Positions 27,118 to 36,400 are shown, numbered from the stretch's first letter. The stretch is DNA of 64,000 nucleotides from an uncultured Candidatus Saccharibacteria bacterium (GCA_964567095.1 CAZMKN010000001.1:11675-75674), one strand, 5' to 3'. Program-made: numbers and translations. Notes: generated by a model from the letters alone, not told the origin.

Positions 27118-27558
27118 CTAAACTTCAAGAATGGTCTTTAAGTTTTCAAGCATCTGACGTGTTGTGTTTTGGGCAATTTTATTAATTATTAGTTTGTTCG
27201 TTATTCTTTGTAATGCGGTTTCCGAAAGTTCATAGTCGATTTGAACTTTTACTTCTGTACTGCCATTATCTGTCGAAGTTAACTCGTAGGTCCATGTTGA
27301 GTCAGCGTCTCCTTTTGAGGAAATCACGACTTTAGTTGGAGCTGTATATTCTATAACCTCAGCTTTTCCTCTAAGGTCGCTTCCAGCCATGTTAAATCGC
27401 CAATCAAATTTTTGACCAACACCGTCTTGTTCAGGGAAGATATTGGTATTCTCGTTTAAATTAGGTACGAAAGCTGGGCCATTATACGGGGATGCCATAT
27501 AGGTAAAAACTTCGTTTAACGGTTTATTAATAGTAGTTTTTGATGAAACTGTAGTCAT
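27118..27558 (-). CDS. SRPBCC / polyketide cyclase-dehydrase family ligand-binding protein
   Basis: I.KP..EVF.Y...P N-terminus and C-terminal helix MLENLKTILE; AAGGA upstream. Confidence 0.8.
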   Translation of the reverse strand: MTTVSSKTTINKPLNEVFTYMASPYNGPAFVPNLNENTNIFPEQDGVGQKFDWRFNMAGSDLRGKAEVIEYTAPTKVVISSKGDADSTWTYELTSTDNGSTEVKVQIDYELSETALQRITNKLIINKIAQNTTRQMLENLKTILEV

Positions 27559-27608
27559 TTTTGTGTTCCTTAAAATAATTACGCTTACTATTTGAGTTTA
27601 TCACAAAA

Positions 27609-28064
27609 TTAAAGTAGATAATTTTGGATGAACTTTCTGAATACTTCCTTGGTGATGAGCACTCTTTTCGAATATTTCTTTGTACTAAATATAACTAGGT
27701 TTAATTTTCTACATAATTTATATGATTTTATTTTTGTACTGCTATCGATTAAGTGGACATCAGCTAAATGTTCCACGGGGGATCTTGTTATATTGGAAGC
27801 CTTTTCAAGAGCTTCGAATATATGTATTGTTGTTATTCCATACACTAACCACATTTCAGTAGTAAAGAAAAGCATTGCTATTAGGATTGCTATGGCTAAA
27901 GACCAGACGCCAAAAGATGGAAAGCTGATTAAACTTAAGGATACACCAAGTGCAGTCAAACCTCGTTGTCTAACTAGTATTGGCCTGTTTTTGTGTAAGG
28001 GTAATACAAAATAATAAGCTGCTAATGTAATCACGCCTACACATGCAAAATAGAAAACTACCAT
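27609..28064 (-). CDS. Hypothetical membrane protein
   Basis: About three N-terminal TM segments; co-oriented with the cluster. Confidence 0.6.
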   Translation of the reverse strand: MVVFYFACVGVITLAAYYFVLPLHKNRPILVRQRGLTALGVSLSLISFPSFGVWSLAIAILIAMLFFTTEMWLVYGITTIHIFEALEKASNITRSPVEHLADVHLIDSSTKIKSYKLCRKLNLVIFSTKKYSKRVLITKEVFRKFIQNYLL

Positions 28065-28088
28065 AATATTATTCTATGTTACTTTGTT

Positions 28089-28982
28089 TCATACGCAAAA
28101 TATAGTGATCGTCGTGTAAGTTAGTATTATGTAGAGAAGTGTGGTGGATCTATAAAGTTTTGCGAAGAGAGTATCTTTTGAGATTGCGTATATAAGTCCC
28201 ACAAAACCCATTACCACAGTAAAAATAACGATTAAATTTATATTAAGTGCAACTGGTACCTTATCTAGAAACAGTATGTTAAGTGCAGCCATTAACATTA
28301 CTAATAGAACCGCGCCCAATTTCCCAAATACTTTAGAATATGAGTTTAAGTTTTTCTTTTCTTCACTTTGGGCATAAGTTTTTCTACCAAACTCAAAAAT
28401 ATTGAATATAAACCATCCTCCGAACGAAAAATATAGTAAATCAAGCGAAAAGTCCGCGGGATCGTTAGCAAACAGAGCGATAAATAGAGTTTGTGATATA
28501 AGTATCACTATAAAAGTGTGAGTTATAGCATATGTAGTAAGGTGTGCTCTCAGCCATTCTTTTAAGAAGAACTCTTTATACATTAGTAAAGAATAGCCAA
28601 TAGTAATTAAACAGAGTAATAAAGGTTGTTTACCGTAGAACGAGAATATAAGAATTTCTACTATAATGAGGAAAAGTATGACCTGTTTAATCTCCCTTTT
28701 ATGAAGAAACCCTCGGGGCACGGGTCTTTCAGGATGAAAATTTTTGTCAAACTCAATATCTTTAATTTCATCATATAAACGTAAGATGAAGAAAAAAAGC
28801 GCAACTGCTAAAAATAATGGTATTAAGTGAAGAAAATCAGAGTACGATTCATGGAGGTCAGTAGCTATAAGATGGGTATACAAAGTGTAATGACTACCAA
28901 TAAAAACTACGATCATTGGGAAATGGTATAGGGGATTAAAACGTTCCATAATGAATTGTATCCATCTACTTAAGCTTTTCAT
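28089..28982 (-). CDS. UbiA-superfamily prenyltransferase
   Basis: Asp-rich motif RLYDEIKDIEFD...ERPVPRG within a multi-TM protein. Confidence 0.85.
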   Translation of the reverse strand: MKSLSRWIQFIMERFNPLYHFPMIVVFIGSHYTLYTHLIATDLHESYSDFLHLIPLFLAVALFFFILRLYDEIKDIEFDKNFHPERPVPRGFLHKREIKQVILFLIIVEILIFSFYGKQPLLLCLITIGYSLLMYKEFFLKEWLRAHLTTYAITHTFIVILISQTLFIALFANDPADFSLDLLYFSFGGWFIFNIFEFGRKTYAQSEEKKNLNSYSKVFGKLGAVLLVMLMAALNILFLDKVPVALNINLIVIFTVVMGFVGLIYAISKDTLFAKLYRSTTLLYIILTYTTITIFCV

Positions 28983-30621
28983 TTAGCTCCTGTCGCAAAT
29001 CATTGTAGTTAACTTTGCTGTGATGTCTAACATCCATGGGTATCTTTTCTAAGTACACTACTTTATCAAGTGGAATTTTGGCGTCTCTGAAAGTTTTAAA
29101 AATCGTGTCTTTGCACTTATTTTTATCCTTGTTGTTCTCATTAAGTGTCACAACAGCCGTAATAGTTTGTTTGTTTTTACAATTTAGGTCTATATAAGCA
29201 GCATTAGAAACAAAGGATAGGTTTTTTAGTAAAATTTCTGGTTGAACAGGAAACAGATAATCATTTTTATATTTAATTACATTGTGTTTTCTTCCCACTA
29301 TCCATAAGGAATCGTTGTCGTCTATTCTGGCTAAATCTCCTGTGCGATGCCAAATAGCCCCATTTTTATCTATAATTTTCGAACGAGTAAATGCTTCGGC
29401 GTTTTTATAGTATTCTTTGCAGACATTTTCACCTGTAACCACAAGTTCACCCACTTCTCCTTTTTTCACTTTTAGTGTAGATAAATCTGTAGGTTCATTA
29501 AAACATTTTGTGCCTATGTTTATAAATTCATATTTTAAGTGCTCATCGATTTTGCCAACATTCACACCTTTTTTTGTTACGTTTTTTATTTTGGAAGACT
29601 CAGTACTAAGCATTTCTTTTGCTTCGATATAAGAAATTGGTTCTACTTCAGTGGATCCGTATAGTATCCAATTTTTTGAGTTTGGTGTTATTTCTGTAAA
29701 ATTTGAAATATCTGTTTCACTTATAGGTGCGCCCCCAGTTAATACTCTGGAGATATTTTGTAAAGATTTATTATTTTTGTTGCAATATTTAGTTAAACTT
29801 TTGAGAGATGATGGTGCAAGTGTCATACAAGTGACTTTACATTCTTCAATTTGAGATAGGAGTATTTCAGGATCTTTTGGAGTGGGACGACTGACATCTA
29901 TTGCTGGGATAACCGTTGATATACCAGATGCTAGGTTGTTTAAAGTGAAAACTGGAAATACAGGTAAATCAATATCACTGTTTTTGTAAGGAAATAATCT
30001 TTTCAGAGCACAATGCTGTGCGCAAAGAAATCTGTGTGTTCTGTTCACTCCCTTTGGCGTTCCTGAACTACCTGTCGTGTATGTTAAAAGGCCTGTTTGT
30101 TCTTGGTTAACGGGCTGTATTTTATGAGGAGCATTGTCTAGCAATCCTTTAGTGTTTTGTGAATCCAAAGCCCAAAAGTTGTTGTTTGATATTTGAATCT
30201 TAGTTTTAAGATTATTGAAATACTCTTTAAATACGGGTAGCCACGTATCTAACGATATGATGCCAACAGGATTGGCATTTTTCATTATGGAAATCAACCG
30301 GTCCTTACGAGTTATGGAATCTATGAGAACTGGAACTGCTCCAAGAACCTGTAATCCCACTAGAGCTATATACAATTCAACCGAAATTGGCGCCACAACA
30401 ATCATATTTTCGTTCTGTTTTATTCCAAGGTTGTGTAAGCTTTTAGCAAATCTAATTGTTTTATCGTATAGCTGGGCATATGTAATTTGTTCATAACTGG
30501 TAGGAGATTTATTAGATTTGAAATAGAATGCAACCTTATCACCATTATCTTGTGCATGTTTTTTTAGAAAATAAGCCACATTGTTTTTAATACTTAATGT
30601 TGGATGGTGACCTGTTTTCAT
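28966..30621 (-). CDS. AMP-dependent synthetase/ligase (OleC-like ANL enzyme)
   Basis: YTTGSSGTPKG, YGSTE, WHRTGD and C-terminal PMDVRHHSKV (OleC-type). ATG 30621 overlaps the upstream TGA. Confidence 0.88.
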   Translation of the reverse strand: MKTGHHPTLSIKNNVAYFLKKHAQDNGDKVAFYFKSNKSPTSYEQITYAQLYDKTIRFAKSLHNLGIKQNENMIVVAPISVELYIALVGLQVLGAVPVLIDSITRKDRLISIMKNANPVGIISLDTWLPVFKEYFNNLKTKIQISNNNFWALDSQNTKGLLDNAPHKIQPVNQEQTGLLTYTTGSSGTPKGVNRTHRFLCAQHCALKRLFPYKNSDIDLPVFPVFTLNNLASGISTVIPAIDVSRPTPKDPEILLSQIEECKVTCMTLAPSSLKSLTKYCNKNNKSLQNISRVLTGGAPISETDISNFTEITPNSKNWILYGSTEVEPISYIEAKEMLSTESSKIKNVTKKGVNVGKIDEHLKYEFINIGTKCFNEPTDLSTLKVKKGEVGELVVTGENVCKEYYKNAEAFTRSKIIDKNGAIWHRTGDLARIDDNDSLWIVGRKHNVIKYKNDYLFPVQPEILLKNLSFVSNAAYIDLNCKNKQTITAVVTLNENNKDKNKCKDTIFKTFRDAKIPLDKVVYLEKIPMDVRHHSKVNYNDLRQELNEKLK

Positions 30622-31358
30622 AAAATCATACCTTTTTTTTGAAATATTTTTATCTGTTCTAAACTTGGTGTTGAAGTTATTTTTGGAGTGATGCAATTGT
30701 TTGGAGTTCCTGTTGGTAATTTTCCTGTTTGATCTATTTTATTGATAAAGCTAACTACAGCCTCTTTTTCTTTTTGAGCACAAGTTTTTAGATATTTGAT
30801 ATAGTTTCTTTCGGGTTTAATTTTTTCCGTATAGTAAATACTACCCCTGTCAATTTTTTTAACCATTTTATGAATAGAAAAACCGGTATCTTTATTTTCT
30901 GCCAGGGCATTGAGATCACAAAATAATCCTTTTTGTTTTGGTAATAATCCGTGATGTACATTTACACAACCTAATCTTGGAATGTTTAAAATTTTGTTTT
31001 TAAATATACATCTAGTACGCATGTTGATAACTATGTCCGGTTTTAAAGAGTTAACCCAAGATACTGCGGTACGACTATTAACATCAGAAATGTTTACAAA
31101 TGGTATTGCGTATTTCTCAAGCATTCTTTCTTTAGTTTTAGAGATTGAACTTATAATATTTCTAAAAAGGGTTTTTGCTATATTTTTGCATCCAGCAAGA
31201 TAAAGATATGGTATTTTAGTAAATATTCTGCCTTTATTAATATCCACTAAAACCACTCCTGCCAAGTGATTTTTTGATCTGGAGAGTATAAAATCTAGTA
31301 CATCCCTATAATTGTTTGGCGCATAAGTGATGCTGGATGTTACTAAAACTATTCTCAT
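30618..31358 (-). CDS. N10-formyl-THF-dependent formyltransferase family protein
   Basis: NVHHGLLP..KG and GFSIHKM...ID.G motifs. Confidence 0.85.
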   Translation of the reverse strand: MRIVLVTSSITYAPNNYRDVLDFILSRSKNHLAGVVLVDINKGRIFTKIPYLYLAGCKNIAKTLFRNIISSISKTKERMLEKYAIPFVNISDVNSRTAVSWVNSLKPDIVINMRTRCIFKNKILNIPRLGCVNVHHGLLPKQKGLFCDLNALAENKDTGFSIHKMVKKIDRGSIYYTEKIKPERNYIKYLKTCAQKEKEAVVSFINKIDQTGKLPTGTPNNCITPKITSTPSLEQIKIFQKKGMIL

Positions 31359-31360
31359 GT

Positions 31361-32446
31361 TTATAATTTTCTATATATACCAAAGGAATACATTTGGATT
31401 TTTTCTTGTCTAATCAAATTTTTATAATCATTAGTAATATCAACGTAACCATTTTCATTTAATTTCTCTGGTATTCTCATATAATAGCGGTTGACTATAA
31501 TCCCGCCTGGAGAAATACTGTCGCGAATTTCTTGAAGAAAGTTTTGTTCTTGAGGTGGTTTTAGATAGGATGGAATATCAGACATCGACAAAAAAGTGGT
31601 TGGTTCGGGCGTGTTTTTGGTTACTTCTATAATATTTTGATGTTTATAGTTAATATTTGTTTTTTCTAAAGCATTTTTAGCACTCAAAAAAATATCTATA
31701 TCTGCCTCCAGTGGAGCTCCCTCAAGAAATTTAATTTCTCCAAAAAAAAGTAACTGCAAAAAATAATTATGGCTAACTAACCCTTGCTTAAACAAGTTGT
31801 CGAATCTTTCCAAATAGAATTTTTGATAGGTCCCACCAATATTCTTTTTGGGGAAATCACCTCTATATAATAATGTATTAAAGACAGCGGCATTTCCTAG
31901 TAAGTAAACTGCTAAGGACCAATTTCTCTTGGGAAATTTAGAAGAAAAATATATTTTCTGTTCTTCTAACGTTTTACACGAAAATACATCCAGTCCTTTT
32001 TTTCCAACTAAACCCCTTACAATCTTACTTAATTTCTTAAAAGTTTTTTCCCATTTTCCTACGTATAGGATAGGATTCCAATTATTTGTGTTAAATATAT
32101 TAGAGGTAATATTTTTAGCATCAGGTGATAAGGCAAGATTTTCGAATATATCGCGTCTTTCTTTATTGCACATGGTGCCTTTTGTGTACCCCCAAAATGC
32201 TAGAAACTTTTGGTGAGTTAAATATTTGACTGTGGCTAAACGTAACTCTACTAGAGCCAGCTGTTCTATTGAAAGATCAACGCAGGTAAGTTGTTGTGGG
32301 GATTTTGCGAGTAAAGGGATTATTCTTGAACCGCTACCGGCGGCAGCAATTACATGCCGTGTTTTTTTCGGAAGTAACTCCCACTCAAGCGTAGTATCTT
32401 CATTTCCCAGAGTGTAATTTAGTGCGTTGAAAAATCCATCTTTCAT
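31361..32446 (-). CDS. DUF3419 / BtaA-like SAM-dependent enzyme
   Basis: LNY...NED..LE, AGSG SAM loop, VDLS..QLAL.EL, GKWEK and LSMSDIPSY motifs. Confidence 0.75.
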   Translation of the reverse strand: MKDGFFNALNYTLGNEDTTLEWELLPKKTRHVIAAAGSGSRIIPLLAKSPQQLTCVDLSIEQLALVELRLATVKYLTHQKFLAFWGYTKGTMCNKERRDIFENLALSPDAKNITSNIFNTNNWNPILYVGKWEKTFKKLSKIVRGLVGKKGLDVFSCKTLEEQKIYFSSKFPKRNWSLAVYLLGNAAVFNTLLYRGDFPKKNIGGTYQKFYLERFDNLFKQGLVSHNYFLQLLFFGEIKFLEGAPLEADIDIFLSAKNALEKTNINYKHQNIIEVTKNTPEPTTFLSMSDIPSYLKPPQEQNFLQEIRDSISPGGIIVNRYYMRIPEKLNENGYVDITNDYKNLIRQEKIQMYSFGIYRKL

Positions 32447-32469
32447 AAATAGATAATATCATTCGTGTT

Positions 32470-33639
32470 TTAAACTTTAATATGTTCTAGGATATTTTCT
32501 TTTGCATATGTGTTTATAGAATGCAGGAATTTACGCGTTATCTTTGGGGGATTTCCTAAGTATTTTTGGGCATTAATTCTGTCAAAAAAATATCTTTTAC
32601 TGACATAGGGTATATACCAACTGACATGTTTTGTATATTTACGAATAGGAAATACCAAAACATATAATAAATGAATGAGTGACTTGAATACCCAGGACGT
32701 AACTGGTATTAGCTTAGTTTTATTAATCCCCATATCATACAAAATGTTCTTTAATACAAAATTAAATTCTGGAGGTTCCGGATGCGTAAGATTAAGTGTA
32801 ATACCTTTTAGATTATTTTTGCAAGATACAACCATAGAATTAATAACATAATCAATTGGTATCATATTAACTCTACCTGTTTTAGGATATGGAATAACTA
32901 ACCATGGGAGATCCAGAACATTCTCAGATTTATGGTAATTGGTTCCTAATAAATCTAATATTTTCGCTGGTAATTTATCCTTTTGCAAAGAACCAATAAC
33001 GCTCTTTTTTAGAAAGTGGAACATAAAAGTAAAACGATAATACCCAAAAGTGCAACCCTCGGCTTTTCCAATATAAGCATCCCCGATAATAATAGAAGGT
33101 CTGAAAATCACATACGGTAAATCACAGTTTTCGCGAACATATTGTTCCCCCCTTAATTTTGATTTTTCATATTGGTTTCTATGTTTCTGTCCCACATCCA
33201 ATTCCTCTTCTGTAAATGAGTAGTGATTTCCACAAACATATGCAGTACTCATATGCATAAACTTAACACCTGTTTTATTTGCAAAATCAACCACATTTAC
33301 AGTTCCCTCGTAGTTTGTTTTATTCACTGTAGATTTATCTGATTTAGAAAATGATAAGTTTGCAGCAAGGTGCCAGAATACTGTGTCATTGTGTTTCAGT
33401 TCATTACAAATTTCTTTTGAAATGCCCAGGTTTTGATCTAATATATCTCCCTTCAGAACTTTAAAGTTATTAGGATACTTTGTTAACTGTTTACTAAATA
33501 TTTTTTTTGCTCTCATTTCAACGGTGCTACCATCTAGATTTCTTATTATTATCCAAACTGTTTCTCCTTCGTTTAGGAGAGCACTAACCAGGTTTCTTCC
33601 AACAAAGCCTGTGGCACCTGTTACAAAGTGTATTTTCAT
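32470..33639 (-). CDS. Extended SDR oxidoreductase (fatty acyl/thioester reductase-like)
   Basis: TGATGFVG, HLAA, STAYV, YEKSK and RPSII motifs. Confidence 0.85.
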   Translation of the reverse strand: MKIHFVTGATGFVGRNLVSALLNEGETVWIIIRNLDGSTVEMRAKKIFSKQLTKYPNNFKVLKGDILDQNLGISKEICNELKHNDTVFWHLAANLSFSKSDKSTVNKTNYEGTVNVVDFANKTGVKFMHMSTAYVCGNHYSFTEEELDVGQKHRNQYEKSKLRGEQYVRENCDLPYVIFRPSIIIGDAYIGKAEGCTFGYYRFTFMFHFLKKSVIGSLQKDKLPAKILDLLGTNYHKSENVLDLPWLVIPYPKTGRVNMIPIDYVINSMVVSCKNNLKGITLNLTHPEPPEFNFVLKNILYDMGINKTKLIPVTSWVFKSLIHLLYVLVFPIRKYTKHVSWYIPYVSKRYFFDRINAQKYLGNPPKITRKFLHSINTYAKENILEHIKV

Positions 33640-34283
33640 AAAATAAAGTATAGAACAATGCCGGAGGAAATTGGAATGAAAACATTATCCCACCCTTTGC
33701 TAAAAAGACTTTCCACTAAGGTTACTGCAAGAGTGCCCATAAGAACTGCTTGAATTTTGTTTAATGAGAAATTACTCTCGTGGATTAGTAAACTACTGAA
33801 AATAAAAAGGGTCACCAGAAAAAAGGTTAAACTACCTTCTACAGTCTTTAAACCGGTAAGATTATATTTGTGTTTTCCATACCTATTACCTATTATTCCT
33901 GCCATTCCGTCCGAGAAGCCAAGGATAAGGATCGCACCCTGAAATATTACTGGGTTATATGACCAAAATAATAGAGCCACAAAAATAATAGTAATTGGAA
34001 ATAAAAAAGCCCCATGACTACCAGTGTCGTTTTCGTGTACACTTTTCAAAACTTTATAACGTTTTGAAAATAAAAGAAGTAAAAAGAAAAAGATGCCAAG
34101 TACTACAACACCTTGCAGGTTAATAAACAGTGGCATAAGTGCAGCAACGATACTCCCACCAATGTGTACGACTTTTCGAGTTATGTAGGGAGCAACATTC
34201 CTCTTATAAAGAACCTCTCCAATTCCAAAAACAATAAGATATAAAATTACTATTAATAAAAAGTTAATATTGAGTATATTCAT
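33636..34283 (-). CDS. CTP-dependent polyprenol/phytol/dolichol kinase family membrane protein
   Basis: RKVVH, GFSDGMAGIIG, KTVEGS and GWDN motifs. Confidence 0.85.
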   Translation of the reverse strand: MNILNINFLLIVILYLIVFGIGEVLYKRNVAPYITRKVVHIGGSIVAALMPLFINLQGVVVLGIFFFLLLLFSKRYKVLKSVHENDTGSHGAFLFPITIIFVALLFWSYNPVIFQGAILILGFSDGMAGIIGNRYGKHKYNLTGLKTVEGSLTFFLVTLFIFSSLLIHESNFSLNKIQAVLMGTLAVTLVESLFSKGWDNVFIPISSGIVLYFIL

Positions 34284-34284
34284 A

Positions 34285-36012
34285 TCAGATTTTTACCTTT
34301 CCTTCATGCAAATCTAGAGTTATTTCTACACCACTCTTAATAAAACTAGTTATTTTTTCAACTCCTACAATACAGGGTATATTTAATTCACGTGCGACAA
34401 TAGCTGCATGTGATAGCATTCCCCCTCTCTCTACAACTATGCCTCTTAGCAAAGGAAATACTATAGTCCACCCGGGATCTGTTTGTCGGGTGACCAGGAT
34501 TTTACCCTCAAAATCAGCTGTTGGGTCGAAATCCATAAGGGATAAAGAAACTCCTGTTACCACCTTTGTATTTACAGGTCGCGAGGCAACTCTTCCAATA
34601 AATGTGCGTTTTTCGGGAGCTTTCGTTACCAATTTTGCTTTAAGCAGTTCTTTTTCAAGCTGCATCACAGTCTTTATAGTCTCAAACCTATGAGCAAGAT
34701 CAATTTTGCCCCATTTATTAAATTCCTTTTTTCTACGTGTTACGCATCTTAAAGTATCTATTTTTTTATTACCGTTAATGATGTCGAAAATCTCATCAAT
34801 CCTTAAGAAATAGATATCACGTTTATTATTGATGATTTGTTCTTTTTCAAATCTGATACCTATATTTATAAAAATTTCTCTTATCAACCCAAAGATCAGT
34901 GTTCTTTTAAATCGAGATTCTTCTCTTCTTTTAATTGAGTTATCAGCCCATTTTAACAACCATTTTAGAAAAATCCTTCTAAAAAGGTTCAAACTTTTTA
35001 GCTTATTGTGATTTACTGAGTTTTTACTGATTTTCTTATTTATTGATTTAACTTGTAATAGTGACTGAAGCAATAATATTAGATTTTCGGGTTTTTCATT
35101 TAGTGTCTCAGACTCTAATTTTAGCTCGTTTGGTATTCTGGTACCAAAATTTTCAATATAACTTCTGATATCAACACTGACCTGTTGTTCTGAATAAATG
35201 TTTTCTAGAGAATTAACTATCTTGTGTGGTTCGTTTTCGGAAAACAACTTTTTTAATTTCGGATTTTCCTTTATTAACGAAATGATATTTGCTAATTTTT
35301 TACCCGGATCGAGAGTTACCAATGGGGTATTTGTATCTGATCTCATATACATATAAGCATCTGATGAATTTAGCCAGGATTTGAACAGTTTATCTGCTGC
35401 CCCCGTGCTTACCATTACAGCAAAATCATTTGCAATTGGAGCCCGCCAACGTGATAGGAGTTTTTTTGCTGCTTCATTGTATATACTCATCAATTCTTTT
35501 GTGTTTAGTTTAGTCAAATCTATAGAATTTAATTTTGAGTAAACTTTATTAAAATAAGAGTTAAACCTGGGTACAGTAAATTTTAGTGAACCGAAAGTAA
35601 TTGAAATACGAAAAAATTGATACACAGTCTTGGGCAGGTAAATAAGATTCTTTCTGAAAAAAGTGAGTGGAGTATTCTCATCATTGTTGTCGAAAGTTTT
35701 CCTAATTGTTACACCCATCATTTTTTCCATAAATTCACTACTTAATTTATGAGCAGGAAAAAAAGAAAGCATTTTGTACCAACTACTCAGGTTGTAGTAG
35801 ATTCTGTATCCGATAAATTCCACCATACATTCAAACATGGGTTTATTGTCTTTGATGACCCTTTCACTAGCCCCCATTAAACGAGAGAAATGTTGGTATA
35901 CCTCTTGATAAACGTATCGTACAAAAGAAAATGTAAGGGGCGTAGTAACACCCGAGTAACTTTCGGCAATATTAGAATTATCGTAAATTATTTTATTATT
36001 TTTATCGCTTAT
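34285..36012 (-). CDS. PEP-utilising (PPDK/RPH/PigC-like) phosphotransferase: substrate and phospho-His domains only; probable start at ATA 36012
   Basis: TDPGW and GGMLSHAAIVARE motifs. The DNSNIAESYSGVTTPLTFSF block is in frame upstream of the first ATG (35877). TATAAT lies 6 nt before ATA 36012. Confidence 0.75.
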   Translation of the reverse strand: MSDKNNKIIYDNSNIAESYSGVTTPLTFSFVRYVYQEVYQHFSRLMGASERVIKDNKPMFECMVEFIGYRIYYNLSSWYKMLSFFPAHKLSSEFMEKMMGVTIRKTFDNNDENTPLTFFRKNLIYLPKTVYQFFRISITFGSLKFTVPRFNSYFNKVYSKLNSIDLTKLNTKELMSIYNEAAKKLLSRWRAPIANDFAVMVSTGAADKLFKSWLNSSDAYMYMRSDTNTPLVTLDPGKKLANIISLIKENPKLKKLFSENEPHKIVNSLENIYSEQQVSVDIRSYIENFGTRIPNELKLESETLNEKPENLILLLQSLLQVKSINKKISKNSVNHNKLKSLNLFRRIFLKWLLKWADNSIKRREESRFKRTLIFGLIREIFINIGIRFEKEQIINNKRDIYFLRIDEIFDIINGNKKIDTLRCVTRRKKEFNKWGKIDLAHRFETIKTVMQLEKELLKAKLVTKAPEKRTFIGRVASRPVNTKVVTGVSLSLMDFDPTADFEGKILVTRQTDPGWTIVFPLLRGIVVERGGMLSHAAIVARELNIPCIVGVEKITSFIKSGVEITLDLHEGKVKI

Positions 36013-36136
36013 TAAAACATTATAACTTAGTATCCTAGTGGCATTTACTGTTTTTTAGAACTTTCCATATTTTTCAAGATTCCTCCAGATAATCCGTTAT
36101 TGATAGCATATACGTGTTTTAACATCGCTAGAATAT

Positions 36137-36166
36137 CAAGCAAAACCAAGCAAAACCAAGCAAAAC
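36137..36166 (+). repeat. Tandem repeat (CAAGCAAAAC)x3
   Basis: Three exact 10-bp copies. Confidence 0.85.
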
Positions 36167-36253
36167 AGAGGCTCGGGAGTTGGATTATTGGAATGGGTTT
36201 TATCAAACCACTAAAAGGTGTTTTAGGCATCATGGTCGTTCTGATGCCCATTC

Positions 36254-36332
36254 TGGTCGGGGTGACTGGACTTGAACCAGCGAAACCTCCCGGCCCCCAG
36301 CCGGGCGCTCTAGCCAACTGAGCTACACCCCG
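36254..36332 (-). tRNA. tRNA-Pro (GGG)
   Basis: Cloverleaf with CGGGGTG/CACCCCG acceptor, CCCGG-CTGGGGG-CCGGG anticodon arm, GGTTCAAGT T-loop and encoded CCA. TGATATAAT box at 36345-36353. Confidence 0.96.
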
Positions 36333-36364
36333 TCAACAGAAGGGATTATATCATAGTAAGATCC

Positions 36365-36393
36365 TTGACTCTTTCGGTATTTCTTCGTATAAT
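36365..36393 (+). promoter_or_regulatory. Sigma70 promoter for a leaderless transcript
   Basis: TTGACT, 17-nt spacer, TATAAT, then 7 nt to ATG 36401. Confidence 0.75.
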
Positions 36394-36400
36394 CATTCCA

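Larger units (their letters stand above)
24993..36266 (-). mobile_element. tRNA-Pro-anchored accessory island / cassette array (no integrase in window)
   Basis: tRNA 3'-end duplication at 26372, several degenerate copies, visibly AT-rich cargo, all identified cargo genes on the tRNA strand. Confidence 0.7.

Noticed and set aside
34285-36012. Rifampicin phosphotransferase (rph) or PEP synthase call
   Set aside because: No ATP-grasp domain, and the biosynthetic operon context points elsewhere; only family-level similarity is supported.
36045-36321. ORFs 36045-36317 (-) and 36100-36321 (+)
   Set aside because: They are translations through tRNA-Pro and its flank.
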